DNA of 64,000 nt from Eledone cirrhosa (lineage: Eukaryota), in contig OZ024742.1 in assembly GCA_964016885.1 (NCBI GenBank), positions 266,910,001 to 266,974,000 of the forward strand, read 5' to 3'. The position numbers and the translations under genes were made by a program. The notes beneath the pieces are model-generated. The model was not told the DNA's origin. It saw nothing but the letters and a program-made list of their open reading frames with translations, and did not search any database. Positions 28,925-42,978 of this stretch are shown here, piece after piece (position 1 is the stretch's first letter; every line of letters begins with the position of its first letter).

Positions 28925-29271
28925 TCTACATATAATATAAAATATTGGAACTTCCATCATCCTTTTGAGAAACGTGGAACAACCACGTCTATGCAATGAT
29001 ACACGTTTTACAGTCAGGCAGAAGATGAACCATCTCCTAGAGGTTACTATTCTAGGTGGAAGCACTTAGAATTGTTTATATACTATGCACAAACGGTACA
29101 ACGAAGAATCTGCTATATCTGGAAGATTTTGTTTACTGTTTTTTGTATCACACAGACACCACGGACTCGCCTCATACTGTAACCAGACAAACATCCAATA
29201 CGGTCATTTTCTCTTTTACCTGTTTTCTCTTATCATCTGTTTACCCGGGCGAAGCTCGGTACATCAGCTAG
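28925..29271 (+). mobile_element. Short non-autonomous Helitron
   Basis: A|TCTACATATAATATAAAA 5' end; hairpin ccgggcgaagctcgg and CTAG|T 3' end. Confidence 0.7.
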
Positions 29272-29288
29272 TATTATATAGTTTTCAG

Positions 29289-29475
29289 AAGGGCGGTGAA
29301 TTGGCAGTATCGGCAGAGGGTCGGACGCCATGCTTTCCAGCATAGTTACGTCCCTTTACGATCTGAGTTCAAATCCTGCCGAGGATGACTTTGCCTTTCA
29401 TCCTTACGGGGTCGATAAAATAAAGTACCAGTAATGCACTGGGTAATTGCTGGCCTTGTGCCTAAAGTAGAAACA
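29289..29475 (+). mobile_element. tRNA-derived SINE with 16-bp TSD (partial or diverged copies at about 29811-29896, 34111-34155, 34995-35178, 52253-52305)
   Basis: B-box GAGTTCAAATCC; core gcctttcatccttacggggtcgataaa; TSD attatatagttttcag at 29273-29288 and 29476-29491. Confidence 0.9.
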
Positions 29476-30628
29476 ATTATATAGTTTTCAGTTTTCATTT
29501 CGAAAACGCAGAAAATATGAAATTTGAAAATTCATCTTTACATTTCTAAGTACAAATATTTCTGTAAGTATATATATAGTTGTAGACATTTCACTGATAT
29601 CAATACAATCATGTCTCAATTTCTTTTCTTTGTTATAAACTGAGTCCCTCTGCTTATTTTATATATATATATATTACAAACTGTAATGTTACACATTTAT
29701 CAACTGCGATGTATTAATCGGTTTGATCGATGTTCTCTTCGGTACTTAGATATTTCAGTCAGTCATGCAAAGAACGCGCTGGAGAAACGTTTGGACCTAA
29801 ATAACGGACTCTTGCCTTTCATCCTTACGAGGTCGATAAAATAAAACCAGTGATGCACTGGGTTAATCGCTGGCTTTGTGCTAAAAGTAGAAACTCTATT
29901 TATCTATCTATTTATCTATCTGTAGCGATAACTACGCAGTTTCTACAGACAGATAGGATATCGTATTTTGAATTAGGTGAATAGGAAAGACGTATAACAA
30001 CTGAGACCATCCTTGTAATTTCCTGGCTGAAGCTCCCTTTAGAAGTGTTTAGATCATAAAAAACAAGCAGGGGGAGAGATTCCTTATAGCCTGACCTGAT
30101 CGAAAAGTTTTAGACAAAGTCCAGCTGAACTGAACTTTGTCTATAAGTCAGCGTGGCGAAAACAGTGGACATATTTCGATCTCATTAGAGATATTTACTC
30201 AGCAATATGAGTTGACTAGAATGTCACCAAAAAGAATCTAAAGAAAGTATCACGCACTCATTAGAATGAATATAGAATTAGTTTATACATTTGTTACAAT
30301 ATAAACAAAAACACCAAAATTTGGGGATGTCTCTGATTTTGATATATAAGTCATTTTTCCCATTCAACCATAGTATAACAAATCCTTTGCATATTTAGCT
30401 TGTTTAGTTTATATCCTATTACATTTTTATTTAATCTTCTTCAATCTTCTTTTACCATTTATCATATTGCTCAAATTAGCATCAATAATAACATCGACAA
30501 CTGATGCTCAGTGAAGAGGTAGTGACCATATGCTACTCGTCTTTGTTATAAATAAACACCGATTTATGCACGATAAATCGTCTGATATATGTAGATTACA
30601 TACATTCACTTTCCTAAATGCCTTAGAG

Positions 30629-30940
30629 ATCCAATTCAATATCTAGTATTAGGAATCGATAGGGGATCGTTGATCCATCTCATCTGTCCATTAGTCATTG
30701 AAGGGAATCTAAAATTGTCTGAAATATCCAATGAGTCATTAGAAATGATATGCCACTGGTATCCAAGAGAAAGTATATACATATCAAATAAAACAAAGTT
30801 TTGATTTAATGAGATATAGCAAATCAACGACGAATGAACGACGAAGAGTCCCCTGATTCTTCAAAATTGAAATGATAAAAGTATTTTCACTCCCGTCACA
30901 GCTGTGAATTTATTGCTGTGGTTGTTATTTAAAGCTAGGT
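30629..30940 (+). pseudogene. Possible decayed Ig-domain exon
   Basis: After an AG, reads DPIQYLVLGIDRGSLIHLICPLVIEGNLKLSEISNESLEMICHW, echoing the C...L..IS.E..LE..C pattern of exon 1, then stops and frameshifts. Confidence 0.3.
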
Positions 30941-32224
30941 AGCCAAAGTTGTGGAAACCCAAACATACGGTTGCTGTACCAAGAGCCCTAACAACCTTGC
31001 AAGCGGCAATTCTAATATAATTATAACCAAATTACTATTTTAGAAAAACTCACAAAATACAATACAGCCATATGCCGTAAAGAGAGAAATTTACAATTCT
31101 TCTTCAACCTTCCAGAAATAAATATAATTCGATTATAATTTCATTATAATTCAGTTATAACACTTTGAAGAGGAACAAAATAAACGAAGCGTTAGAAACT
31201 TTTTGTTACGGCACAAAATATTAATTGTATTAGTTAAAACTTTATTGAAGTTTTCTGCTGACACACTCTCAATATTCACTTCAAGTTCCATTTCAAGTTA
31301 ACGAGTGTCATCAGAGTTCTAGAAAACTTGATTTCAATTCCTGCTAGATGCCAACATGAATATATTATACTGCCTTTTGAAAAGGCATGATCGGCATGAC
31401 TTCGTATTTTTTTCACTTCTATCAAAACTACAGAACATAATAATTCAGAAATTATATTAAATGTTAATCATTTCACAGTTTTTCTGGATTCACTGAGCGA
31501 ATGCATAGTCCTCTTTTCTGCATGAATAGGCGGAGGAGAGACACACCACTTCTGCTAGATAGGATTCTAGCCTATTACTGACAAAAGAAAGGATTTAAAC
31601 TTAGCAATGGAAAAAAATAAAGCGCTATTATTTATTAGTGCTCTAAATGATTCTAGCAGTTACAGTTACCAAACGTGTTGATTAAAAAAAAAGAGATTGG
31701 GAAAGCCAATTCTGTCAATTCAAGTATACAACTATCGTATTGAAATGAAAGTACATTCAGGCTCACCAAGAATGTGAATACTGGACAAATAGCAACTCAC
31801 TAAACATGTAAAAATATTTCCGGTGCTCATGTCTGTCACACATTACATCTGATAGGATTTTCGAGAAATGTTTTATCATTTATTCAGGAGGGGTGGGCAG
31901 TGTCCATGACACTTTTGTCATGGCTTCGGAGATTGTCGGGTGGGAGAGAGGGAAATAGGTGTTCTCAAACGAGAGAACTTGCCAGAATTCTTGCAGCAGA
32001 GTTGAATTCGTTAAAGTCGCCAAAGGGCCAGGAGGTGGTGTTAAATCGGGTTACCACTACCACCTACTTAGAGGGGAATTTGAGCTGGAAACGCAAAGCA
32101 CCGGAAAAATACTGCAAGGCATCTGGTTGATGCTCTAACAATTACAGAAATCGCCTGTCCTGGATTGGTAATTTATTTTATCTAACTCTAAAATTTTAAA
32201 AGTAAATTTTACGTCACAGAATTT

Positions 32225-33120
32225 TATGATAGAACGCAAGGCGTTTTATATGAAGCTCCAACGTCTTTACGATTCTGACTTATTATCTCCTTATAATATA
32301 TAACCAGCAATTTCTCTGTCTGTCTGTCTGTCCGACAGTGGAAACACGTGCGCGCGTGCGAATGTTTTTTGCGCACGCGTAGAGAGAGAGTGAGAGTGAA
32401 AGAAAGAGACAGACTACAAGAGGGGGATAGCGGGAGAGAGAGAGACGCTGGAAGAGGGGAAGGAAAGCTATATGTCTTGCTGTCTGCATTACGATACATA
32501 TATATATACACACACACACACTGATCGCGTCATAATGACGTAATGCAGACAGCCAGACATACAGACAGATATCATAAGGGCGCAACGTTATATCTATGTA
32601 TCTATCTAAAAAGAAAAACTAAGACTTATAGAGAGAGATCGCTAAATCGCCTAATGCGGTCCCTAGAGCATTGAAAATGTGAGATATTCTTTGCTCAAAA
32701 CACTCACAGGACACTAAGTATTACATGTGTAAAGTTTGAAAACAATCGGTTGGGTGGTTCTCAAGTTTTAGTGAGCTGACAGACAGACAGACATTCTCTG
32801 TTTTAGACATATAGACTAGCAGAAAACCGCCCAGCGAGTGGTTTTCTGCTAGTCTATATATATAAAACAGAGGATGTCTGTCTGTGTGTCTGTTTCCCTA
32901 AAACTCGAGAAGTACCCAACCGTTATTTTTCAAACTTTGCACATGTAACTCGTATGGCCCTAGGGACCGCATTAGGCGATTTAGCGATCTCTTTCTCTTT
33001 CTCTTAGTCTTTCTCTTTTTAGATAGATACATAGATATGACGTCGCGCCTTCATAATATCTGTCTGTATGTCTGACTGTCTGCATTACGTCATTATGACG
33101 CGATCAGTGTGTGTGTGTAT
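32225..33120. mobile_element. Head-to-head inverted pair of Helitron 5' segments
   Basis: Both arms match 6939-7230; they diverge from a central palindrome at 32809-32859. Confidence 0.8.
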
Positions 33121-34517
33121 CTGTTAGAACACGAAAAGTGTGAAACACAGAATGTTCACTTTTTGTGTTCTAACATATATGCCTAGCTTCTTTAAAAATT
33201 TTTCGGGGATAGCCGTGGTGGTGGTGATCGTATGTCATTGGCTAATTTTCAACCAATCAGAGTACCTCTCTCTATATCTCTTCCACTGTTACTTACGCCT
33301 GTTTCTCTCTATCTGTTCCGTCTCTATATATATCTCTTACTCTTTCGCTTTGCACTCCTCCCCTTCAATACCATCTCTCCCCCTCTCTATATATTTGTTA
33401 CTCTATCGCTGCACGCTCCTCTCCTTCAATATATCAATTACACACGCTTTACACTCCTTTATCCCCAGCGCCCCTATATATACACCCCCCTCTCCCGCAT
33501 CTATATTTTAATGTACCGTTGCACCGTGAATATATGTGTCTATATATATATACATATATATTGTATATACACATTCATGTATGTGTATACACATTCATGT
33601 ATGTATATACACAGGTTTTATGTGTGTATTGTAAATTTGTACTGTTAAAACACGAAACTAACATTCGATTGACACTTTGATTACCTGTACAGGCAATAGT
33701 TATTAGAATGCTGTTGAAGTGTGTATATATTTTTGGGGGACATCCTGTATATACACACATTATATATAATACAATAAACAGATAAATACACACATATATA
33801 TATGAGCTTATTTAATTATAAATATTGTGAATTTTTAACTCAGTTCAATTATATATATAAATGGCTTCTACAGGACTAGACTGTTTCATTCGAAAGAAAT
33901 CATCATAATATTGAGAGGGGGGACTAGATAAAATATTTCAAATCAAATGTGTATAAGTTATAAGTTAAAATGTATAAATAGAGACGATAGTGGAGGTATA
34001 TCTGTTTAGTGGAACAGTAGACGATAGAATTAAATACAGACGATAATCTCCCTTTAATGAAACAGCAGACGATAGAATTAAGGCAATTTAAATTTTAAGC
34101 ATTTGCATTTTTGCCTTTCATCGTTACGGGGTCGATAAAATAAAGTACCAGTAATACATTGTCACTAGACGACTTTCAAATTGAATTGTTGGTTCCATTT
34201 CTTTAGTATTTTCAATTGTAGTTATCTACTTAAAAAGCGTTACACGGTTAGAGACATAATTCGTAAGTTATATCTTCCCTATTAAACCATTGCATTATTT
34301 CGCCTACAATAGAACAAAAATGAAATGTTCTTTAAAGAAACAGGAATATAACTTTATAAAAAAAAAAGTTGCATCCGCTTCTTTTATCATTGATAATTTT
34401 TTCGTTTTAATATTAATTGTTTTTTGTAGTTGTTTATATTAAAAATCTTACTGTAATATTTACTTAAACGAAGGCAAACATCTAAACTTATAGATTAATC
34501 TTGAGCGAAGGACTAGA

Positions 34518-34616
<99 letters not shown>

Positions 34617-35730
34617 GAAGAATGATAAAATTTCAAGCAAAGAGTTTAATTAGGTATATTTTGTAATATTATTAACTAATTATTATAATTAACGCGCATA
34701 TTTTGCTATCCTCAAACACGTTTACACATGGCATGAAATATAACTAATCCGAGATGGCTAGGTTTCATCTTCTAACTGGATAAACGAAATCCATTATGTC
34801 TTGACAACAACATGAGGTAACATTATGTTATTCACAGACACACTTTGTACACTGTTCCATATCAGAATGTATTTCCTTCGTCACATTCACAAACAGTATT
34901 GAAAATATGTTCTTCGGCAAATAAAAATGTTTTGTTCATAATATTTCAACTAGCGATTGCTCTACTCCACGCACGACCACCATAAATTAATGACCAGCTC
35001 AACACAAGTATTGGTAGAGCGTCAGATACCATGCTTTGCAGTATTGTTATGGTCCTTTGCATTCTAAGTTCAAATCCTGCCGAGGTTAACTTCGACTTTC
35101 ATACTTACTAATTCGATAAAATAAAGTACCAGTAATGGACTGCCGTAATGGATTTGTGCCGAAAAATAGAAACACTATTAATGTGCAATAAGAGCAAAAT
35201 ATAACGACATTGCTCAATTATTTTATCTAATGTTGTAATAACACAAGGAAATGTTGTTTGTGTATTTTTTTTTATATTTGCTCATAGGCTTTTACAATTT
35301 CGCTCAGCCAACAACTATTAAAAAGTGAGTTGCTTAAGATAACAATTTAATCACAAATTGTTGCTATCTTTTAATACACTCCAACAAGTCATCAAATTAT
35401 GTACAATAAAAACAAATCTTATTAATTTGCTCAGGGAATATAAAGAAAATGTATATACACTGATAATTGCAAATGTATGTAAATATTTTGTTTTTGTATT
35501 GTATATTTTATGTTTTCTATTATGTATAATATATTGATTTAATATTGATTGTTTTTTGTAGTTGTTTATATTAAAAGTCTGAAAATATTTTTATACATCT
35601 TACACTAATATTTATAAGATAATTTATAATAACAATTACATAATCTAATTACATTACAACGATAATTTATTATTAATATATATCCTGTTTAACTAGAGTT
35701 ATTACAAGCGTTGCCTTAAAAAAATATTAA

Positions 35731-36687
35731 ACTAGACATGAAAAATGCGCAAGCTCAAAAGTGCCACAGAATGTTATAATAAACCTTCAAAAGTGTGGGA
35801 CTAGAGTTGTTGCTAAAAAATATTGTAATCATTATATATCGTACATTCTGTGGCATCCTTTATAAAAATAGCTTAAACCAACGAAGCCTTTATTTTTACG
35901 CTATTTCACTTAGTTAATTCTTAGAGTGTAACATATAAAAATAAATACATCTATGTTTAATGTAATAACAGCTATAAATAATTACGTAATATTATTATCA
36001 TATACTCATAGTAACAAAATAATTGTGTTGAAACTTAATATGATGCTTATATGAACGATCAAATCTATAATGATAATTTCTTAAATATACTAATAGTAAA
36101 ATAATTTAGTTATCTATTGTTACATTTTCATAGAACTATAATATTAACAATCGTATTGCATTATCAAATTTTTATCACTACAAACTTTCATATTGGAATT
36201 ACCTTAAGCCACTTATTATTACTTCGCTTTCGTACTTTTACAGCTGTAGATATTGCGCTGTATCTTATATCTAATATCAATATCTCGTGGTAATTTGCAT
36301 GAAGTGTAAAATAGGTTTATTAATAACTTTAATATGAAATGTATTATACAGGGCTGCGGAGTCGGTCAAAAATTGACTGGCTCCAACTCAGGATCCGATA
36401 CTCCATTATTTCCTAAATTTCAGCTCCGCAGCTCTGTTATTATATTAATTAATTTATTTTATAGTTGTAAATCATATTTTTATATGTTACACTCTAAGAA
36501 TTAACTAAGTGAAATAGCGTAAAAATAAAGGCTTCGTTGGTTTAAGCTATTTTTATAAAGGATGCCACAGAATGTACGATATATAATGATTACAATATTT
36601 TTTAGCAACAACTCTAGTCCCACACTTTTGAAGGTTTATTATAACATTCTGTGGCACTTTTGAGCTTGCGCATTTTTCATGTCTAGT
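35731..36687. repeat. Foldback/MITE-like unit with about 213-bp inverted arms
   Basis: 35731-35943 is the reverse complement of 36475-36687; no mismatch seen by eye. Confidence 0.85.
36349..36436. mobile_element. Tiny MITE with CAGGGCTGCGGAG-type TIRs and about 8-bp TSD
   Basis: cagggctgcggag...ctccgcagctctg flanked by gtattata and ttattata. Confidence 0.7.
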
Positions 36688-36704
36688 ATATATATTCTTA
36701 TGCC

Positions 36705-37039
36705 AGGGAACGTCTTCACGAACCAAAGTATCGTCTTCCTGTTTTCCAGATTGATTTTTTTTTAGTTTAAGAAGATCCCGTTAAGGTTGAAAGCAGCGAT
36801 TCTTTGCTTAAACATGAATATGTTATTTGAAAAACTTTAATATGTTATTTGAAAAACTTTAATCTGTTATTTTAATATATATATATATAATTATATTTTC
36901 ATGGACAGATAGTTTTGCATACACAATAACAAAATATAAAGAAACGTATTTATTTCACGAGGCTCGATAAGGATAAATATATATCAAATATATAAGAACC
37001 CTAGAGCAAATCCCGAGCAACGCCGGGCCATTATGCTAG
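36705..37039 (+). mobile_element. Penelope pLTR pieces followed by a Helitron 3' end
   Basis: 36707-36875 matches the reverse complement of about 18180-18345; 36958-37006 matches 18125-18172; cccgagcaacgccggg and CTAG|T at 37012-37039. Confidence 0.65.
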
Positions 37040-38489
37040 TAAATGTATAAAGATGCCTTTATCAGGATTTAAACTCTAATCTATCACAAGAAATTTGGAT
37101 TTAATTAATGACCGAGCCATACATGCTTTTGTTATGTAGGGTCTTACATCCAGGTCCACAGCTATCATGGATATGAAACGTTATGCAACGCATCGTACAT
37201 CTTATTAATTAATCAAATACGTTAGAGTGTATGTTTGCCTATTTTGTAAATCGAAACCTGAATCAGAGCCGGAATAGTTTGAAATCCTATTTCATCAGTT
37301 CTTTCTTCTCCCTTTCTTGACAGATAAAAAAACATATTTTAGAGTAAGATTACATACATTGATTCGAGTATGAAATTACCAATTGATTGAATCAAATAAA
37401 GTGAGTCTAAGAATCAATATCAGAAGGCTACATTCACCTCAACGTAATTACTTGATTTCCGGTTCCAAATACCATTCGGACAGACTCCTTTGTTCTTTCT
37501 ACATTGGTATAAGAGCAGATATTTATTGTGCAAAAGTATATTCGATTGAATGAATCTGAGTATATGACTGGTATTTAGTTTATTGACTTGAAGAAAAATG
37601 GAAGGCAATATCTATCACAAGTGAAATTTGAACGTAATGTGAAAATTACACAAGCCTAGTGATCTCAATTTTTAACAGCCGCACTAACGTCTTCGTTACT
37701 TAATCAATAATTTCAAAGTTTTCCTTCCCTCGACTACGCACAACATCGGAGAAAGTACTCCATTACTAATCTTTCGGCTACTTACTAAATTTTATATCAA
37801 CCTAGTGTGTAATAACATTCAAGTTTAGTATATGTAAAAATCTGAATATTTTATCATGGATTTGAAGATATGAAGTGTATATCTTCAGATTGAAGTGGTA
37901 TATATTATATGGTCTCTGAAGAAGCAAGTGCCCAAGTGAGGCCCAGTTTGTTTTATGAGCTGAAAGTGTGAACCCTTCACTCAACTCTCGCCAATTATGA
38001 AATATTTTAACACATTAAACCATATAGAATCTATTTATCGTTAAACTGATAAATCCGTAGACACGATACTGCACCAGCGGCAATATACGATCTACACAGC
38101 CGATGTTTAAAAGGTCGAGATATCGGGTAATTCAGCGACAAGCAAGTCTTTAGCCTACTTAAAAGAGACGACGCGAAAAGTGCGATTAATAATGTAATAT
38201 ATCACTTTGATCAGAGAGATCACCTTCCCTGGAGTCTATTTGCAAATATGAAACTTCAACTATGACAAAGTATTCTGTGAAAGTATTAGGATAAATATAT
38301 TGAAAATGTTCTGTATTACATATGAGGTACGAAGATCGATAATGCAATTGATATTATGCACCCCCCCCACACACATATGTATACATATAGATATATACGT
38401 GTATAGATTTATAAACGTACATATTCGTGTATGTGTGTATGCATGTATGCATATATACATATGCATATATACATATACATATATATGTA

Positions 38490-38571
<82 letters not shown>

Positions 38572-38676
38572 CTCACATGTATATTTTCATGTATGTATGT
38601 GTGCATGTGTGTGTTTGTGTTTTTTTAATTTCCATTGTAAAAACAGAAATATTTATGACAATATCTACAATTTCAG

Positions 38677-38895
38677 AAGATTACTGCGCTGATGGGCGTA
38701 TCTTCAAAGTCTACCCGTTTGATGCCTGCAGTGAATCGTTCGTGCATTGTGCAAATAACTATAGCTACATTGCAAATTGCCCAGACCATCATTGCATTGA
38801 TGCAGATATCGGAATATGTGTAATGTGTGACTGTGATCAGAGAAATTCAGTAACTGGAACATATGAGAAAAACAAATCAACTTTACGATACGAAG
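38677..38895 (+). CDS. Exon encoding a chitin-binding peritrophin-A (CBM14/ChtBD2) domain
   Basis: Acceptor tttcag, donor G|gtatgt, 219 bp, phase 1-1. Cys spacing C-x13-C-x6-C-x9-C-x12-C-x4-C in YCADGRIFKVYPFDACSESFVHCANNYSYIANCPDHHCIDADIGICVMCDC. Confidence 0.8.
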
Positions 38896-39110
38896 GTATG
38901 TGAACAAATCGCTGATTATTTTATTTGACATAGCGTACGTAAAGATAAAAGCAAGAACAGGTAAATATACATCAGAGATTATGTTAAATCATTGAATTTG
39001 AGCCATTGTTATACAGACGAGACGAATATAACTGAATATAAATAACAAAGCTATACATGCAACCATATATACGCACACATATAAACATATATACATATAT
39101 GTGTGTATAC

Positions 39111-39147
<37 letters not shown>

Positions 39148-39177
39148 CACATATATATATACATATTTATATATATA

Positions 39178-39218
<41 letters not shown>

Positions 39219-39499
39219 CTGTGTGTGTGTGTATATAAGTGCACACACACAAATATATATACACATATATATATATCAACAGATAAAGTTGTTTGAACAA
39301 AAATAGCTGGTTTATATGTCCTTGGCGTAAAGCAGAGGATGATGCATTGGAAACAAAATCTCTTGAACAACCAATCTCTCTATGGATAGATTCTCTACAT
39401 CAATATATGCTACGATTATTGGTATAACATTTATATCACTATATTGGTGTTAAATGTATTATTGTGTTGGGTCTCCGTCTGTTTCGATGATGACTGTTT

Positions 39500-39740
39500 C
39501 ATAACAATAGAAGAGCCTGTTCGTGAAATTAACTTATAAATGACGAATCATTCCAGTTCTTAGGGAGATTTAGCTTGGCACACCGTTTGAGAGAGATGGC
39601 ACTTTAAATTACAGGCACAGCTCACTACTGAATGAACTGGATCAACGTGAAATAAAGTGTCAAGGATACAACGTATCGTTGGGATATGAGTTGTTAACCA
39701 TACCTTCGTGAGTCAAACACCTTAAACATTAAGCTATGGG
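39500..39740 (-). mobile_element. Diverged SINE-like repeat (same family as 6505-6745)
   Basis: Shared blocks cctgttcgtgaaa, gggaga.ttagc and caacgtgaaataaagtgtc. Confidence 0.55.
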
Positions 39741-40375
39741 ACTTCACCACGAGAACGTATTTCCGTTAGAACTGAAGCAAGGCAAAAGCAATACTATATA
39801 GAATAAAGATTTTTTTTTTGTTTTAATTAAGAAAGAAAATATGTTAATTATATGCTTAAATTATCTTTCTTGAATAATATCTATTTCATTGAATGCGTCA
39901 TAACAATGAACTTGGTGTGGGTGTGAGCGTATAATATAGGTATGCGTTCCAAGATTTAGTGGAAATCATCTCATGGTTCAGAAACAATTGATGTAGGGCC
40001 TGTTAATCTAGCGCATCCCCGGTGAGTGGCGGTTCGAGAATCAGGACATTATGATTTTGTCTACAATACCTCGTGTTCTGCTCCATGTCAAACATACGAG
40101 TATCAAAATGAAATAATTTTCGAACAAAGTTCTTTTCGTGGTCGTACTGTTATATATATATATATAAATGTAAGTATGTATGTATATGAAATTTCGTTTC
40201 ATTCTATTACAACTTATATATATATATATATATATAAATTTGTTTTGCGAGATTTTTTATATGAAATCGTGTGTCGAAACAAATATTGTTGTACTTGGGC
40301 CGGGTCATATTGTTGTAATACTATTGCCAGAAATAATAACAGAACACACTCACTGTTTGGTTGGTTTTCGCTTCT

Positions 40376-40800
40376 GCATCTTTTATATCTCCATAGTTAA
40401 TTCATTTGGCCATCAATGTTTATCATTGACTGACAAACGGTCAAAAATACAGATATAAATATATATATATATAGTCTAACAAAGTTCTTTCGTTGCACAT
40501 CCCAACATCATCAGTAGTACTATTCTTTTGATGTTGTGCATGGAGCTAAATCTGATTTTAAAGTTCTGCACATATGGTTACCTGGGAAGCGTTTGTCTAT
40601 TAGAGCTGGAAATCTGTCGATATTAGATTTGACACCCAGTAAGCAGGGTGTCGTGAAACAGGTAGTATTTCGGCTTCTATTTCTCTTTAGGTGAGTTCGT
40701 TTAGAAATATAATCAATTTTCACCATAATCTCTGTTGCTTCTAGGGCATTGTTGTAGAGGAGGGTTGTTTGATGAGAGGTTGGACTTTTAAAAAAACTAT
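40376..40800 (-). mobile_element. Penelope-like fragment with a hammerhead-containing pLTR
   Basis: RNRSRNTTCFTTPCLLGVKSNIDRFPALIDKRFP resembles the PLE linker; CTGATGA-stem-GAAA at 40471-40523. Confidence 0.7.
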
Positions 40801-40859
40801 TGGGAAATGACAGTCACCAACGTTTATGTAGAATAATCTGAGATTAAGTTCTGTAAAGT

Positions 40860-41290
40860 GTGTAGTAGTTATTTCTTAGATCCAGAGTTTGCTCTAAAAA
40901 TGTACAGTACTCAAGTTAGCGTCTATAGCAATTTTAATCCAAATGAACTAAAGCATTGTATAATATATTTTCTTAATCTGTCTTGTGTGTGTCCGATTTC
41001 CATAAACGTTTTAGATCGAGCACTAGATTTCACCAATAGAATCGAACCCACAGACAGTGAAGACTGTAAAATTCTAATGCATGCAAAGAGAACGATACAT
41101 TTCGGCAAGACTACAGAAAGAGTAAAAAAAACAACCCAACTGGGTATTTCGTCGTTAGTATGGGCACGTATAACGGAGAGGAGGTTTGCGATCTGTTTGG
41201 CGTATAAATACTAAATAAGCTAGGTGACTTTTACACATCTACATCGAGACGACATCGCAGCGATTGTTAGCAATACAAATATATACACCA
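40860..41290 (+). mobile_element. Degenerate Penelope-like RT fragment
   Basis: PISINVLDRALDF...ILMHAKR...FVVSMGTYNGEEVCDLFG...LHRDD. Confidence 0.75.
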
Positions 41291-41812
41291 ACAAACGTCT
41301 CTATTTAAACAGAATTATTCTTGCATTAACCTTACAGCGATATCAGATACCACTATTAGAGCTGCAACGCATCCCCCAGCATCCACCATTGTCTACGTCG
41401 ACGGGATATCAAGTGTTCTGAAGGAGCCAGTTGTTCAACATCTGCGTTTCAATTATAGTTTGGTGGTATTCACAGCCACGAAAGCATTTGTTAATGCAAC
41501 AAGTCAAGTGGTTAATGAAAACGTTCGCACTTTCCACATTATTACGTTGATGGCCATTTTCAGTAGTTTGTACCCTCGCATATACACTCCCCTGAATACA
41601 TACGGAGACACACGCAATTATATATATATAACTTTGATAACTTCGATAGGTTTCGGCCAGTATTGGCCCTGGCCATGTCTAACTTAATAGCACCACCTAG
41701 CGAACTCTTTCAAATCAGCAGTTCAACACCATGGCCCACTCAAGTAGAGAGTTATTGTTTACGGAGACATATCCCGGTGTAGCAGGTTTATCCGGGATTT
41801 GAAGGAATTTGT

Positions 41813-42461
<649 letters not shown>

Positions 42462-42978
42462 ATTAAATATAATTATCTCGCTACATATACATATTTTAAT
42501 ACTACATAACATTTTTGTTACTACACAACAGCTTTACTTCTGCTTGGATTGTTTAATTTAATTATGTATCTGATCCACTCTCACCGCATGCATCAACGAA
42601 ACTTTGTATATGTATATTACACAAGTTGCTTCACAATTTTCACCTTATATTCTACCCATGCATTCCTGACTGCTGAATATCTTCATCCTATTACACCTAT
42701 ATTTTGCCATATTATGCTGTATATGCTTAATACCTTTGCTTTCTTTACCATATTATTCTTTGTATGCTTAATACTTCTACATTCTTATTGTCTATATGCC
42801 TATATACCACTAATGTCCTCATTTGCGAGTAACCTTCTTTTATACTATTTATTATACCCATTGCTACAGACCACAACATCATCACTCTCTTTGAATATTG
42901 ATAGCAACAATAATATCAACGTATCTGTAAAATTGTTCTGTAGAATAGGAATTTGATTATGTGTTTAAACTTTGCCAA

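Noticed and set aside
29289-29385. tRNA gene
   Set aside because: The B-box belongs to a multi-copy SINE with a tail and TSD; no cloverleaf evident.
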